Below the pieces are notes generated by a model. The model worked only from the letters and a program-made list of their open reading frames with translations, had not been told where the DNA came from and ran no database searches. A DNA stretch of 45,379 bases. Origin: Mariprofundaceae bacterium (GTDB lineage Bacteria > Pseudomonadota > Zetaproteobacteria > Mariprofundales > Mariprofundaceae). Position 1 is the first letter of the stretch, and every line of letters begins with the position of its first letter. The stretch spans positions 1 through 45,379 of the forward strand of contig DATLWR010000084.1 of the NCBI GenBank assembly GCA_035576205.1. The letters are read 5' to 3'. Shown piece by piece: positions 10,307 through 19,592 of this stretch. Made by a program: the position numbers and the translations under genes.

Positions 10307-11314
10307 ATGGCCGGCGATCTCTTGACCCTTCAGGAGGTCGCCGCATTGGTGGGCGGCGATCTTGAGGGGAATGCCGATCCCAAGCTTGCGATCGTTGGTG
10401 TGAATGCGCTGCTGGAAGCGGATGCACAGCAGGTTTCTTTTCTCGCCAACCCTAAATACAAGACCGATATGGCCAACAGCAAGGCTGCCGCTGTGCTGCT
10501 CGGCAGGAAGGAAGAGGCGGTTCCTGCTTCCAGAGCCGTGATCCGGGTCGATGATCCCTATCTTTCATTTGCATTGCTGCAGCGGCATTTTCATCCGGCG
10601 CCTGTGGCGACCGGTCTGCGCCATGGCACGGCGGCGATTGCCGCGTCGGCGAATCTTGCCGATGACGTTGATGTAGGGCCACAGGCGGTGATTGGCGAGG
10701 GTGTGCGGATCGGGGCAGGTTCGATCGTCGGTGCCGGCTGCGTGATTGGCGACAATGCGGTGATAGGTGCAGCATGCCTGCTTCACCCGCGCAGCGTCGT
10801 GGCTGCCGATTGCGTATTGAAGGACCGGGTCATTTTGCAGGCCGGTGCGGTGATCGGTTCCGACGGATTCGGCTATGCATGGTCGGGACGCGAGCATGTG
10901 AAAATTCCGCAGGTCGGCCGCGTGGTCCTGGAAGAGGACGTGGAGATCGGGGCGAATAGCTGTATCGATCGTGGCGCTATCGGTGATACGGTGATCGGCA
11001 GGGGAGTGAAGCTGGATAACCTGATCCAGATCGGCCACAACGTGCAGATCGGCGCCTACAGTATCATGGCGAGCCAGGTCGGCATTTCCGGCTCGACACA
11101 TGTCGGCCGCGGTTGCCAGATCGGCGGCCAGGCCGGCATCGCCGGCCATCTGCATATCGCCGACGGCTGCAAGCTGGCTGCCCGCACGGGGGTAATGGGC
11201 GACCTGGAAACCGGCGGCACCTATGCCGGCATGCCGGCCATACCGCACCGGCTGTGGCTGCGTGTTTCGGCACTGCTGATAAAGCTGCCGGAATTGATCA
11301 AAGGGCTTCGTTAA
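10307..11314 (+). CDS. lpxD: UDP-3-O-(3-hydroxyacyl)glucosamine N-acyltransferase
   Basis: 335 aa. N-terminal LTLQEVAALVGGDLEGN, long left-handed beta-helix hexapeptide repeats ([LIV]G..) and a C-terminal helical tail. Conserved skp-lpxD-fabZ-lpxA order. Confidence 0.9.
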   Translation: MAGDLLTLQEVAALVGGDLEGNADPKLAIVGVNALLEADAQQVSFLANPKYKTDMANSKAAAVLLGRKEEAVPASRAVIRVDDPYLSFALLQRHFHPAPVATGLRHGTAAIAASANLADDVDVGPQAVIGEGVRIGAGSIVGAGCVIGDNAVIGAACLLHPRSVVAADCVLKDRVILQAGAVIGSDGFGYAWSGREHVKIPQVGRVVLEEDVEIGANSCIDRGAIGDTVIGRGVKLDNLIQIGHNVQIGAYSIMASQVGISGSTHVGRGCQIGGQAGIAGHLHIADGCKLAARTGVMGDLETGGTYAGMPAIPHRLWLRVSALLIKLPELIKGLR

Positions 11315-11341
11315 CCGAAGCGGGGGAGTAAGGAGAGTTCT

Positions 11342-11788
11342 ATGGGCATGTTATCGATCGACGACATCATGGCACGGTTGCCGCACCGGTATCCGTTTCT
11401 GCTGATCGATCGCATTCTCGATTTCGAGCCGGACGTTTCGATCCGTGCATTGAAAAACGTGACGATCAACGAGCCGCAGTTCACCGGTCACTTCCCGGGC
11501 CACCCGGTCATGCCGGGCGTGCTTCTGGTTGAGGCGATGGCCCAGGCGGGCGGTGTGCTGGCTTTCCAGTCGGCCGAGCCGGAACGCGAATACCTGGTCT
11601 ATTTTACCGGCATCGACGAGGTCCGATTCCGCAAGCCCGTCAGGCCCGGAGATCAGGTGATCTTCCAGCTGACCTGCCTGCGTCGCCGCGGCCACATGTG
11701 GAAATTCAAGGGCGAAGCCTATGTCGACGATGTGCTGGTCTGCGAGGGTACGCTGATGGCGACGCTGGTTCCCAAGGATGAAGTATGA
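11342..11788 (+). CDS. fabZ: 3-hydroxyacyl-ACP dehydratase FabZ
   Basis: 148 aa. Hot-dog motifs [13 protein letters not shown] and [22 protein letters not shown]. Confidence 0.92.
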   Translation: MGMLSIDDIMARLPHRYPFLLIDRILDFEPDVSIRALKNVTINEPQFTGHFPGHPVMPGVLLVEAMAQAGGVLAFQSAEPEREYLVYFTGIDEVRFRKPVRPGDQVIFQLTCLRRRGHMWKFKGEAYVDDVLVCEGTLMATLVPKDEV

Positions 11789-12600
11789 GCGTAACCGTTC
11801 ATTCCACAGCCATTGTTGATCCGAAGGCCAGGCTGGGCAGCGGGGTCGTTGTCGGCCCCTATTCGATCATCGGCCCGGATGTGGAGATCGGCGATGGCTG
11901 CGAGCTGATTTCGCATGTCGTGGTAACCGGCCATACCCGGCTGGGTGCCAATAACCGGATATTTCCCTTCGCCAGTATCGGCCACCAGCCGCAGGACCTG
12001 AAATACCATGGCGAACCTTCCGAGGTCATCATCGGAGACAATAACGTCATCCGCGAAAACGTAACCATCAATCCCGGCACCGAAGGCGGCGGCATGCTGA
12101 CCCGGCTCGGCAACGGCAATCTGCTGATGGCCTATGCGCATGTGGCACACGACTGTCTGGTCGGTGACGGCGCGATCCTGGCCAACAACGCCACGCTTGC
12201 CGGCCATGTCGAGGTCCACGACGGCGCCATCATCGGTGGTCTGACTGCCGTGCACCAGTTCGTTCGCGTCGGTAAGTTCTGTATGATCGGCGGCATGTCG
12301 GCGGTGCACAAGGATGTGCCGCCATATTGCATGCTGAAGGGTGGCTACCATGCCGCGGTGCGCGGCCTGAATCTGGTCGGGCTGCGGCGGCGCGGCTTCA
12401 GTGCCGAGTCGATTCGTCGCCTGAAAGAGATCTACCGCCTGCTGCTGCAAGCCGAAGGCAAGCTGGAAAGCCGCCTGCAGGAGGCCGACAAAGTGGCCGC
12501 TGACGATCCGAATGCCCGCCATATGGTCGATTTTGTCCGCAATTCGCGCCGCGGCATCACGTTGCATCGCCGGGATACGATGGAAGCCGAGGACGAATGA
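11785..12600 (+). CDS. lpxA: Acyl-ACP:UDP-N-acetylglucosamine O-acyltransferase
   Basis: 271 aa. VHSTAIVDPKARLG start, hexapeptide repeats, and a C-terminal helical domain with FSAESIRRLKEIYRLL. ATGA overlap with fabZ. Confidence 0.9.
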   Translation: MSVTVHSTAIVDPKARLGSGVVVGPYSIIGPDVEIGDGCELISHVVVTGHTRLGANNRIFPFASIGHQPQDLKYHGEPSEVIIGDNNVIRENVTINPGTEGGGMLTRLGNGNLLMAYAHVAHDCLVGDGAILANNATLAGHVEVHDGAIIGGLTAVHQFVRVGKFCMIGGMSAVHKDVPPYCMLKGGYHAAVRGLNLVGLRRRGFSAESIRRLKEIYRLLLQAEGKLESRLQEADKVAADDPNARHMVDFVRNSRRGITLHRRDTMEAEDE

Positions 12601-13427
12601 GTGCCGGAAAACGTATCGGCCTGATCGCCGGTTACGGGCATTTTCCTCTTGAGCTGGCTGCAGCCCTGAATGCGCAGGGTTTCGAGGTGCATGCCGTGGC
12701 GGCCCGCGAGGAGACCTTTCCCGAAATCGAGCAACTGACCGCTTCGACCTGCTGGCTGCATGTCGGACAGATCGGTGGCATGATCAAGGCCTTCAGGAAT
12801 GCGGGCGTCAGCGAGGTGGTGATGGCCGGCAAGGTCCGCAAGCTGCACCTGTTCCGCAATTTCCGCCCTGACCTGACGGCCCTGAAAGGGCTGATGCGGC
12901 TGAAAGACCGTCGTGATGACTCGATCCTGCTCACCATTACCGATCTGCTTGCCGAAGGCGGGCTGACATTGCTGCCCCAAACCCAATATGCCGGCGACAT
13001 GCTGGCTGCCAGCGGCCCGATTGCTGGTCCTTCGGCAGCCAAATGCCAGGCCGATATCGATTTCGGTTTTTCACAGGCCAAGGGTATTGCCGGCATGGAT
13101 ATCGGCCAGACCGTCGTGGTGCAGGATCAGGCGGTGCTTGCCGTCGAGGCGATCGAAGGTACCGATGAAGCGATACGCCGCGGCGGCGCTCTCGGCAGCG
13201 GCAAGGCGGTTGTCGTCAAGGTGGCCAAGCCCGAGCAGGATCTGCGCTTTGACGTACCGGCAGTCGGCCCGGACACCCTGCAGGTGATGCGGGAGGCAGG
13301 CTGCAAGGTGCTGGCGGTGGAGAGTGGCCTAACCCTCATTATCGAGCGCCAGCGCTTTGCCATGCTGGCAAAGGAATACGGCATCGCGGTGGTCGGCGTT
13401 GACGGATCCGGTTCAGCAACCGACTGA
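12597..13427 (+). CDS. lpxI: UDP-2,3-diacylglucosamine diphosphatase LpxI (DUF1009 family)
   Basis: 276 aa. RIGLIAGYGHFPLE N-terminus and GQTVVVQDQAVLAVEAIEGTDEAIRRGG core, as I recall for LpxI/DUF1009. Sits in the diagnostic lpxA-lpxI-lpxB position. ATGA overlap with lpxA. Confidence 0.8.
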   Translation: MSAGKRIGLIAGYGHFPLELAAALNAQGFEVHAVAAREETFPEIEQLTASTCWLHVGQIGGMIKAFRNAGVSEVVMAGKVRKLHLFRNFRPDLTALKGLMRLKDRRDDSILLTITDLLAEGGLTLLPQTQYAGDMLAASGPIAGPSAAKCQADIDFGFSQAKGIAGMDIGQTVVVQDQAVLAVEAIEGTDEAIRRGGALGSGKAVVVKVAKPEQDLRFDVPAVGPDTLQVMREAGCKVLAVESGLTLIIERQRFAMLAKEYGIAVVGVDGSGSATD

Positions 13428-14562
13428 GCGGCAGCTGCACCGCATCTTTGTCAGTGCCGGCGAGGTTTCCGGTGACATGCATGCAGCCGGTGTCGTGGAA
13501 GCGCTGTTGACCCGCTTTCCCGCCGCAAAGGTCTCCGGCATCGCCGGGCCGGCCATGCAGCGGGCGGGCTGCGAGGTGCTGCAGCCGATGGGCAGCCTGA
13601 ACGTCATGGGGCTTGGCGATGTGCTCAAGGCGTTGCCGCGCATCCGGCGCATCGAGCGTGAGATTCTCGACTGGTGCGAGAAGAACCGGCCCGAGGTTGC
13701 CATCCTGGTCGACTTTCCGGGTTTTCATATGCGGCTCGGCCGCAAGCTTCGCGATATGGGGATTCCGGTCCTGCAATACATCGCCCCGAAGCTCTGGGCC
13801 TGGGGTGCCTGGCGGGCTTCAAAGCTGGCCCGGTCACAGGACCGTCTGGCCTGTATCTTCCCGTTCGAGACCGAATGGTTCGCCGGCAGAGGCATCGCTA
13901 CCGAATATGTCGGTAACCCGAGTGCCTATGCCTGTCGCAGCGGCTGGAGCAATGGCGAGCTGAAGGCGCGGCTGGGATTGCCGGAACAGACTCCGCTATT
14001 GGCGTTGCTGCCTGGCAGCAGGAAAAGCGAGCTTGCCGTGCATGTGCCGCTGCTTGCCGAGGCCTGGCTGAGGGTGAGACAGCAGATGCCGCAAGCGCGT
14101 TGCATGGTGACGCTGGCGCCGGGGGTGCAGCCGGCCGATGTGCAGCCGTTGGTCGATGCCGGGGCGCTACTGCTCGAGCGGAACAGCGAGGGATACGCCT
14201 TGCGCGCCGATGCCGCTATCGCCGTCTCCGGGACAGCCACTCTCGAACTGGCGCTTTGGGATGTGCCGACCGTGCTGGTTTATCGATCCTCTCCTGTATG
14301 GATGTTTCTGGCCCGCAAGCTCGTGCGGCTCAATTGCGCGGGGCTCGCCAATATCCTGCTAGGCGATAGGCCGGTGATGCCGGAGCTGATTCAGGCCGAC
14401 TGCACGGTCGAACGGATGGTTGATGAAGTCATGCCATTGCTACGTGACGAGGCTGCGGCTGCCCAGCAAAAGAGCGCCTTTGCGCGCCTGCGGGAGATGC
14501 TCGGCGGCGGTGACCCCGCCGAATCGGTTGCGGAACTGGCGACCGGACTGGCCTGCCACTAG
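13357..14562 (+). CDS. lpxB: Lipid-A-disaccharide synthase
   Basis: ORF 13357..14562. Conserved IFVSAGEVSGDMHAAG N-terminus, YIAPKLWAWG and ATLELALWDVP motifs. The true start is uncertain. ATG 13357 overlaps lpxI by 71 nt. In-frame TTG 13399 or CTG 13435 would fit the usual short LpxB N-terminus better. Confidence 0.85.
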   Translation: MPCWQRNTASRWSALTDPVQQPTERQLHRIFVSAGEVSGDMHAAGVVEALLTRFPAAKVSGIAGPAMQRAGCEVLQPMGSLNVMGLGDVLKALPRIRRIEREILDWCEKNRPEVAILVDFPGFHMRLGRKLRDMGIPVLQYIAPKLWAWGAWRASKLARSQDRLACIFPFETEWFAGRGIATEYVGNPSAYACRSGWSNGELKARLGLPEQTPLLALLPGSRKSELAVHVPLLAEAWLRVRQQMPQARCMVTLAPGVQPADVQPLVDAGALLLERNSEGYALRADAAIAVSGTATLELALWDVPTVLVYRSSPVWMFLARKLVRLNCAGLANILLGDRPVMPELIQADCTVERMVDEVMPLLRDEAAAAQQKSAFARLREMLGGGDPAESVAELATGLACH

Positions 14563-14584
14563 CCGTAGTTGCTGCAAGCCCTGC

Positions 14585-14612
14585 TTGACCCCATATCGTC
14601 AATATCCATAAT
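14585..14612 (+). promoter_or_regulatory. Candidate sigma70-type promoter for the yceD-rpmF-plsX-fab operon
   Basis: TTGACC (14585-14590), a 16 bp spacer, then CATAAT (14607-14612). Located in the 82 nt lpxB-yceD gap, about 30 nt upstream of the yceD ATG. Pattern match by eye only. Confidence 0.35.
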
Positions 14613-14644
14613 GCGCGCCTCGGCTTCGGCCTGCATGGAGGTGC

Positions 14645-15184
14645 ATGGTGCATCGGCAATGGATTGTGACATTGCGGGACTTGCCGGATGCAGGCAGAGA
14701 GTGGGATGTCAGCGTACCCAGAAGTGTGCTCGGCAATCCGGACGAGGGCTCTGTCGAGCCGTTGCCGGATTTGTGCGAGGATGCCCGCTGGCAGCTGGCA
14801 ATCGTCCGCAAGGGTGATGTCTATCGCCTGACCGGCCACTGGCAGGCGGTGCTGCGCCGTGAGTGCTCCCGCTGCAATGCGGCATTCGACTGGCATGTCG
14901 ATGGTAAGACGGAACGCGATTTCCGTCTGGGCGGCAGGCCGGGAGAATCGGCCGAAGAGGGCAGCGAATGCGAATGGCTCGAGGCTCCCGGAGAGATCGA
15001 CCTGCTCGATATCCTGCGTGAGGATATCTGGCTGGCCTGGAAGCCCGAGGTGGTATGCAGCGAAGGCTGCAAAGGTTTGTGTGCACAATGCGGCCATGAT
15101 CTGAATCAGGGGCCGTGCGGCTGCACAAAGGATGATGCAACGCATCCGTTTGCGATTTTGCGCCAGCTGAAGCCGGGTGCATGA
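14645..15184 (+). CDS. yceD: YceD family (DUF177) protein, large-subunit ribosome maturation factor
   Basis: 179 aa. Paired Cys motifs CSRCNAAF and CKGLCAQCGHDLNQGPCGC. GGAGG RBS at 14636-14640. Canonical position upstream of rpmF-plsX. Confidence 0.8.
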   Translation: MVHRQWIVTLRDLPDAGREWDVSVPRSVLGNPDEGSVEPLPDLCEDARWQLAIVRKGDVYRLTGHWQAVLRRECSRCNAAFDWHVDGKTERDFRLGGRPGESAEEGSECEWLEAPGEIDLLDILREDIWLAWKPEVVCSEGCKGLCAQCGHDLNQGPCGCTKDDATHPFAILRQLKPGA

Positions 15185-15222
15185 ATTTTAGATTTCGCCT
15201 TCAGGTGAAAGGAGTGTAGGAA

Positions 15223-15405
15223 ATGGCAGTTCCAAAGAGAAAGACCAGCAAGTCCAAGCGCAATATGCGTCGTGCACACGACCAGATCGTGCCGGCCGGC
15301 ATGAGCGAGTGCCCGGAATGCGGTGAAATGATGCGTCCGCATCATGCCTGCCCGCATTGCGGTGCTTACAAAGGCCGCCAGGTTGTGGCAGCCAACGAGG
15401 AATAA
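15223..15405 (+). CDS. rpmF: 50S ribosomal protein L32
   Basis: 60 aa. [20 protein letters not shown]-terminus and CPECG...CPHCG zinc ribbon. AGGAG RBS. Confidence 0.95.
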   Translation: MAVPKRKTSKSKRNMRRAHDQIVPAGMSECPECGEMMRPHHACPHCGAYKGRQVVAANEE

Positions 15406-15444
15406 TCCGACCCTGTCTGTTTCTTCCATACGGAAACACCCAGA

Positions 15445-16509
15445 TTGTCTGATCTGATACCTGTCAATTCGACGATGGTTGAAGCATCGGCCGCACGCGA
15501 AGTCCGCATTCTTGTGGACGGTCACGGTGGTGACCATGCGCCGGCCGTTGTGCTTGATGCCATGCGCCTGCTGCTTGGCCGTCCGTCGGTAGCTTCCGTG
15601 CGGCTTGGAGTGGTAGGTCTGGTGGCTGAGTTGCAGCCGATGCTGAAGCAGCGGGGGCTCGAGGGCCGCGTCGATCTGGTTCCGGCCAGTGAGGTGATTG
15701 CGATGTGCGATTCGCCGTCGGTTGCCTTGCGCCGCAAGAAGGATTCCTCCATTCATGTCGGCGCCCGCATGGTGCGCGACGGCGAATGGGACGCTTTCGT
15801 CAGTGCCGGCAATACCGGCGCGCTGATGGCGATCTCTAAGCTTATCCTGAAGACTTTGAACGGCATCGATCGCCCGGCTATCGCCTCGATGGTGCCGGCT
15901 TACCGTGGTGGACGGACGCTGTTTCTCGATGTCGGTGCCAATGTCGATTGCACCTCCGATCATCTGATGCAGTTCGCGCTGATGGGCTCCTGCTACATGC
16001 AGGCGGCGGAAGGCGTGGCCGAACCGCGTATCGGCTTGCTGAATATCGGTAGCGAAGAGATCAAGGGTACCGACGTCATCAAGCTGACGGCGGCGGAGCT
16101 GGCCGAGTCGGATCTCAATTTCATCGGCAATGTCGAAGGCACCGATATCTTCTCGGATGAAGTCGATGTCGTGGTCTGCGATGGCTTCGTCGGCAACGTG
16201 GCACTGAAGACCATGGAGGGTACGGCGCGCTTCCTGGCGTACAACATGCGCGAGGAGCTGACTGCCGACATGGTCGCCAAGACCGGTGCGCTGATCGCCC
16301 GCAAGGCGCTGCACCGTTTTAAGGACAAGGTAAACCCTGGCAAGTACAATGGCGCGCCGCTGCTGGGCCTGAACGGCATCGTCGTGAAGAGCCATGGCTC
16401 GGCCGATGCCGAGGGGCTGGCCAATGCTATCGACGTGGCCCGCCGGGAAGTGGCTGCCGACCTGCTCGGCCGTATCAGTGCCTCGTTGCAGGAGTGGATG
16501 GTCGCATGA
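15445..16509 (+). CDS. plsX: Phosphate acyltransferase PlsX
   Basis: 354 aa ORF that opens with TTG 15445. ATG 15475 is the alternative start. Motifs VDGHGGDHAP, GFVGNVALK and GAPLLGLNGIVVKSHGSAD. Confidence 0.9.
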   Translation: MSDLIPVNSTMVEASAAREVRILVDGHGGDHAPAVVLDAMRLLLGRPSVASVRLGVVGLVAELQPMLKQRGLEGRVDLVPASEVIAMCDSPSVALRRKKDSSIHVGARMVRDGEWDAFVSAGNTGALMAISKLILKTLNGIDRPAIASMVPAYRGGRTLFLDVGANVDCTSDHLMQFALMGSCYMQAAEGVAEPRIGLLNIGSEEIKGTDVIKLTAAELAESDLNFIGNVEGTDIFSDEVDVVVCDGFVGNVALKTMEGTARFLAYNMREELTADMVAKTGALIARKALHRFKDKVNPGKYNGAPLLGLNGIVVKSHGSADAEGLANAIDVARREVAADLLGRISASLQEWMVA

Positions 16510-17537
16510 CGAAACTGGCCTCGCATATCGTCGGTCTCGGTGGCTATCTGCCGGAGCGGGTGCTGACCAACACCGAACTCGAAAAGCTGATCGACACGAC
16601 GGACGAGTGGATCCGCACGCGCACCGGTATCGGCCAGCGTCATATCATCGCCGAGAACCAGCACACTTCCGATCTGGCTGTCGAGGCTGCCAAGGCCGCG
16701 CTGTCTGATGCGGGGCTGGCCGTCAACGATATCGATGCACTGATCGTCGCCACCACGACACCTGACATGATTTTCCCCTCCACGGCCAGTGTCGTGCAGT
16801 ACAAGCTGGGTGGCAGGGATTTCCCGGCCTGGGACATCCAGGCGGTTTGCTCCGGCTTTGTTTTCGGTCTCGCCCAGGCCGACGGCCTGATCCGCGCCGG
16901 CATGTATCGCCGTGTGCTGGTGATCGGCGCCGAGGCGATGAGCCGTATCGTCGACTGGAAGGATCGTTCCACCGCAGTGCTGTTCGGTGACGGCGCCGGT
17001 GCTGTCGTCCTGGAAGGACGCGAGGAGGAGGGCGGTGTCATCGGTTCGATCCTGCACACTGACGGCTCCTACCGGCACCTGCTGCTGGCCAATCATGCCC
17101 ACCGGGCAGCCAGCCCCGACGACTTGCTTGAGAACGACTCTCTCGACGAGCAGCCGGACATGCGCATCGATTCGGCGGGTGCTGCCGCCATCGAGATGAA
17201 GGGCAACGAGGTGTTCAAGGTGGCTGTCACCAAGCTCGGCGAGGTCGTCGAGGAGATTCTGACTGCCTACGGGCTGAAGGATTCGGATATCGACTGGCTG
17301 GTACCGCACCAGGCCAACATCCGCATCATCCAGGGGACGGCCAAGAAGCTCGGCATGGATCTGGAGCGCGTGGCGCTGACCGTCTCCAGGCACGGCAACA
17401 CTTCGTCGGCCAGCGTGCCGCTGGCGCTGAACGATCTGTATCGTTCCGGCAAGCTTGAGCGCGGCCAGTTGCTGCTGCTGGAGGCTTTTGCCAGCGGCTT
17501 TGCCTGGGGCGCCAACCTGCTGCGCTGGTCGAAATAG
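16506..17537 (+). CDS. fabH: 3-oxoacyl-ACP synthase III
   Basis: ORF 16494..17537. ATG 16506 overlaps the plsX stop (ATGA). Active-site Cys in AVCSGFVFGL, then VPHQANIRI and GNTSSASVPLAL. Contains an extra segment before MKGNEVFKVAV compared with what I recall of E. coli FabH. Confidence 0.9.
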   Translation: MTKLASHIVGLGGYLPERVLTNTELEKLIDTTDEWIRTRTGIGQRHIIAENQHTSDLAVEAAKAALSDAGLAVNDIDALIVATTTPDMIFPSTASVVQYKLGGRDFPAWDIQAVCSGFVFGLAQADGLIRAGMYRRVLVIGAEAMSRIVDWKDRSTAVLFGDGAGAVVLEGREEEGGVIGSILHTDGSYRHLLLANHAHRAASPDDLLENDSLDEQPDMRIDSAGAAAIEMKGNEVFKVAVTKLGEVVEEILTAYGLKDSDIDWLVPHQANIRIIQGTAKKLGMDLERVALTVSRHGNTSSASVPLALNDLYRSGKLERGQLLLLEAFASGFAWGANLLRWSK

Positions 17538-17545
17538 GGGGATTT

Positions 17546-18493
17546 GTGGGTTCGCAGTTAGCTTTTCTTTTTCCAGGGCAGGGTTCGCAGTCGAAGGGCA
17601 TGCTCGATCCGTTTGCCGGCGAGGCTGTCGTAGCAGCCACCCTGCAGGAGGCTTCCGATGCGCTGGGCTACGATATGGCAGCGCTGATCCGTGATGATGC
17701 CGAAGGCAAGCTCGATCGCACCGAATACACGCAGCCGGCACTGCTGACCGCCTCGATCGCCATGCTGCGCGTCTGGCAGCAGCGCAGCGGTGCTGCGGCA
17801 ACCCAGGTGGCCGGTCATTCGCTGGGTGAGTACTCGGCACTGGTCGCTGCAGGTGCCATTGAGTTTTCCGATGCTGTGAAGCTGGTTGCATTCCGCGGCA
17901 AGGCAATGACCGAAGCTGTGCCGGCTGGAGTAGGCCTGATGGCCGCCATCCTGGGGCTTGATGATGCCGTGGTTGAAGAACTGTGCGGCAACTCTTCGAC
18001 GGCAAGCGAGAAGGTCTGGGCTGCCAACTACAACTGTCCGGGGCAACTGGTCGTCGCCGGCCATGCCGCGGCGGTGGAACGCCTGATGGATGCGGCGAAG
18101 GGCGCCGGAGCCAAACGTGCCCTGCCCCTGGCGGTCAGTGCGCCGTCGCATACACCTTTGATGCAGCCGGCCGCCGAAGCGATGCGCGAGCGTCTGGCCG
18201 GAATCGAAATCAAGTCGCCGGCTTGCCCGGTATGGAGCAATGCCGATGCTTCACCGAAGCAGTCGGCGGCGGAAATTCGCGAGGCTCTGGTCGCTCAGCT
18301 GGTGTCGCCGGTGCGCTGGACGCAGACGGTGCAGAAGCTGGCGGCAGCCGGCATCGCGCAGGCAGTGGAAATCGGACCGAACAAGGTGCTGGCGGGCCTG
18401 GTCAAGCGTATCGAGCGTGACATGACGGTAGCCAATACCAATACGGTCGAGCAGATTGAAGCTGCTGTGCAGGCATTGTCTGCCCAGGCTTGA
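17546..18493 (+). CDS. fabD: Malonyl-CoA:ACP transacylase
   Basis: 315 aa, GTG start. Motifs AFLFPGQGSQ and GHSLGEYSALV (active Ser). Confidence 0.92.
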   Translation: MGSQLAFLFPGQGSQSKGMLDPFAGEAVVAATLQEASDALGYDMAALIRDDAEGKLDRTEYTQPALLTASIAMLRVWQQRSGAAATQVAGHSLGEYSALVAAGAIEFSDAVKLVAFRGKAMTEAVPAGVGLMAAILGLDDAVVEELCGNSSTASEKVWAANYNCPGQLVVAGHAAAVERLMDAAKGAGAKRALPLAVSAPSHTPLMQPAAEAMRERLAGIEIKSPACPVWSNADASPKQSAAEIREALVAQLVSPVRWTQTVQKLAAAGIAQAVEIGPNKVLAGLVKRIERDMTVANTNTVEQIEAAVQALSAQA

Positions 18494-18504
18494 GGGAGGA
18501 GATA

Positions 18505-19245
18505 ATGAGTGAGCGTTCTGTAGCACTGGTCACCGGTGCCAGCCGTGGTATCGGCTATGTTGTGGCCGTGGAGCTGGCAAAGGCCGGATTCGACCTGGCC
18601 ATCTGCGGTACTCGCGAGGAGACCATCCGCAAGGCGGCAGCTGCTATCGAGTCGGAAACCGGCGCCAGGGTTATGGCACGTGCGGTTAACGTGGCCAACA
18701 GGGACGAGATCCAGAATTTTGTCCAGGATACGGCCAAGGAGTTCGGACGGCTGGATGTGCTGGTCAACAATGCCGGCATCACCAGGGACAATCTGGCGAT
18801 GCGCATGAAGGTGGAGGAGTGGCAGGATGTCATCGAGACCAACCTGTCGTCGGTATTCCATGCCTCGCAGGCAGTGCTGAAGCCGATGATGAAGGCCCGG
18901 TCCGGCCGCATTATCAATATCTCTTCGGTTGTCGCTTCCGCTGGCAATCCGGGGCAGTTAAACTACTGCGCCAGCAAGGGGGGAGTTGAGGGGATGACCC
19001 GTTCGCTGGCACGCGAAGTTGGTTCGCGCGGCATCACGGTGAACGCGGTGGCCCCGGGCTTCATTGCAACCGATATGACCGCTGAACTGGGCGAAGAGGC
19101 GCACAAGCGCCTGACCGACCAGATTCCGCTCGGCCGCATGGGCGATGCATCGGATATCGCTGCCGCCGTGGTGTTCCTGGCAGGGCCGGGAGCGGGTTAC
19201 ATCACCGGCCACGTGTTGCACGTGAACGGTGGTATGCATATGTAG
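18505..19245 (+). CDS. fabG: 3-oxoacyl-ACP reductase
   Basis: ORF 18490..19245 opens with TTG. ATG 18505 follows the GGGAGGAG RBS. SDR motifs VALVTGASRGIG, NNAG and YCASKGG. Confidence 0.92.
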   Translation: MSERSVALVTGASRGIGYVVAVELAKAGFDLAICGTREETIRKAAAAIESETGARVMARAVNVANRDEIQNFVQDTAKEFGRLDVLVNNAGITRDNLAMRMKVEEWQDVIETNLSSVFHASQAVLKPMMKARSGRIINISSVVASAGNPGQLNYCASKGGVEGMTRSLAREVGSRGITVNAVAPGFIATDMTAELGEEAHKRLTDQIPLGRMGDASDIAAAVVFLAGPGAGYITGHVLHVNGGMHM

Positions 19246-19346
19246 TTTCTCCCTGTGCCCCGCAGCAAACGGGGGCAGGGCGATAGAGGCTTGTGCGGCG
19301 CCTTTGGCTATGTTAGAAGCCGCAATATTTATTTCGGGAGGACGAA

Positions 19347-19586
19347 ATGTCTGCAGAAATCGAAGCAAAGATCATCAAGATTGTTGCTGACCAGCTGAAC
19401 GTGGATGAGAGCGAAATCAATCCGGATTCTTCCTTCGTGGACGATCTTGGTGCCGATTCTCTGGACACCGTTGAACTGGTAATGGCATTTGAGGAGGAGT
19501 TCGGGATCGAGATTCCGGACGAGGATGCCGAGAAGATTCAGAGCGTACAGAACGCTATCGACTACATCGCTGCCAAAGCTGAATAA
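19347..19586 (+). CDS. acpP: Acyl carrier protein
   Basis: 79 aa. Phosphopantetheine attachment motif [30 protein letters not shown]. Confidence 0.97.
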   Translation: MSAEIEAKIIKIVADQLNVDESEINPDSSFVDDLGADSLDTVELVMAFEEEFGIEIPDEDAEKIQSVQNAIDYIAAKAE

Positions 19587-19592
19587 GTCTTT

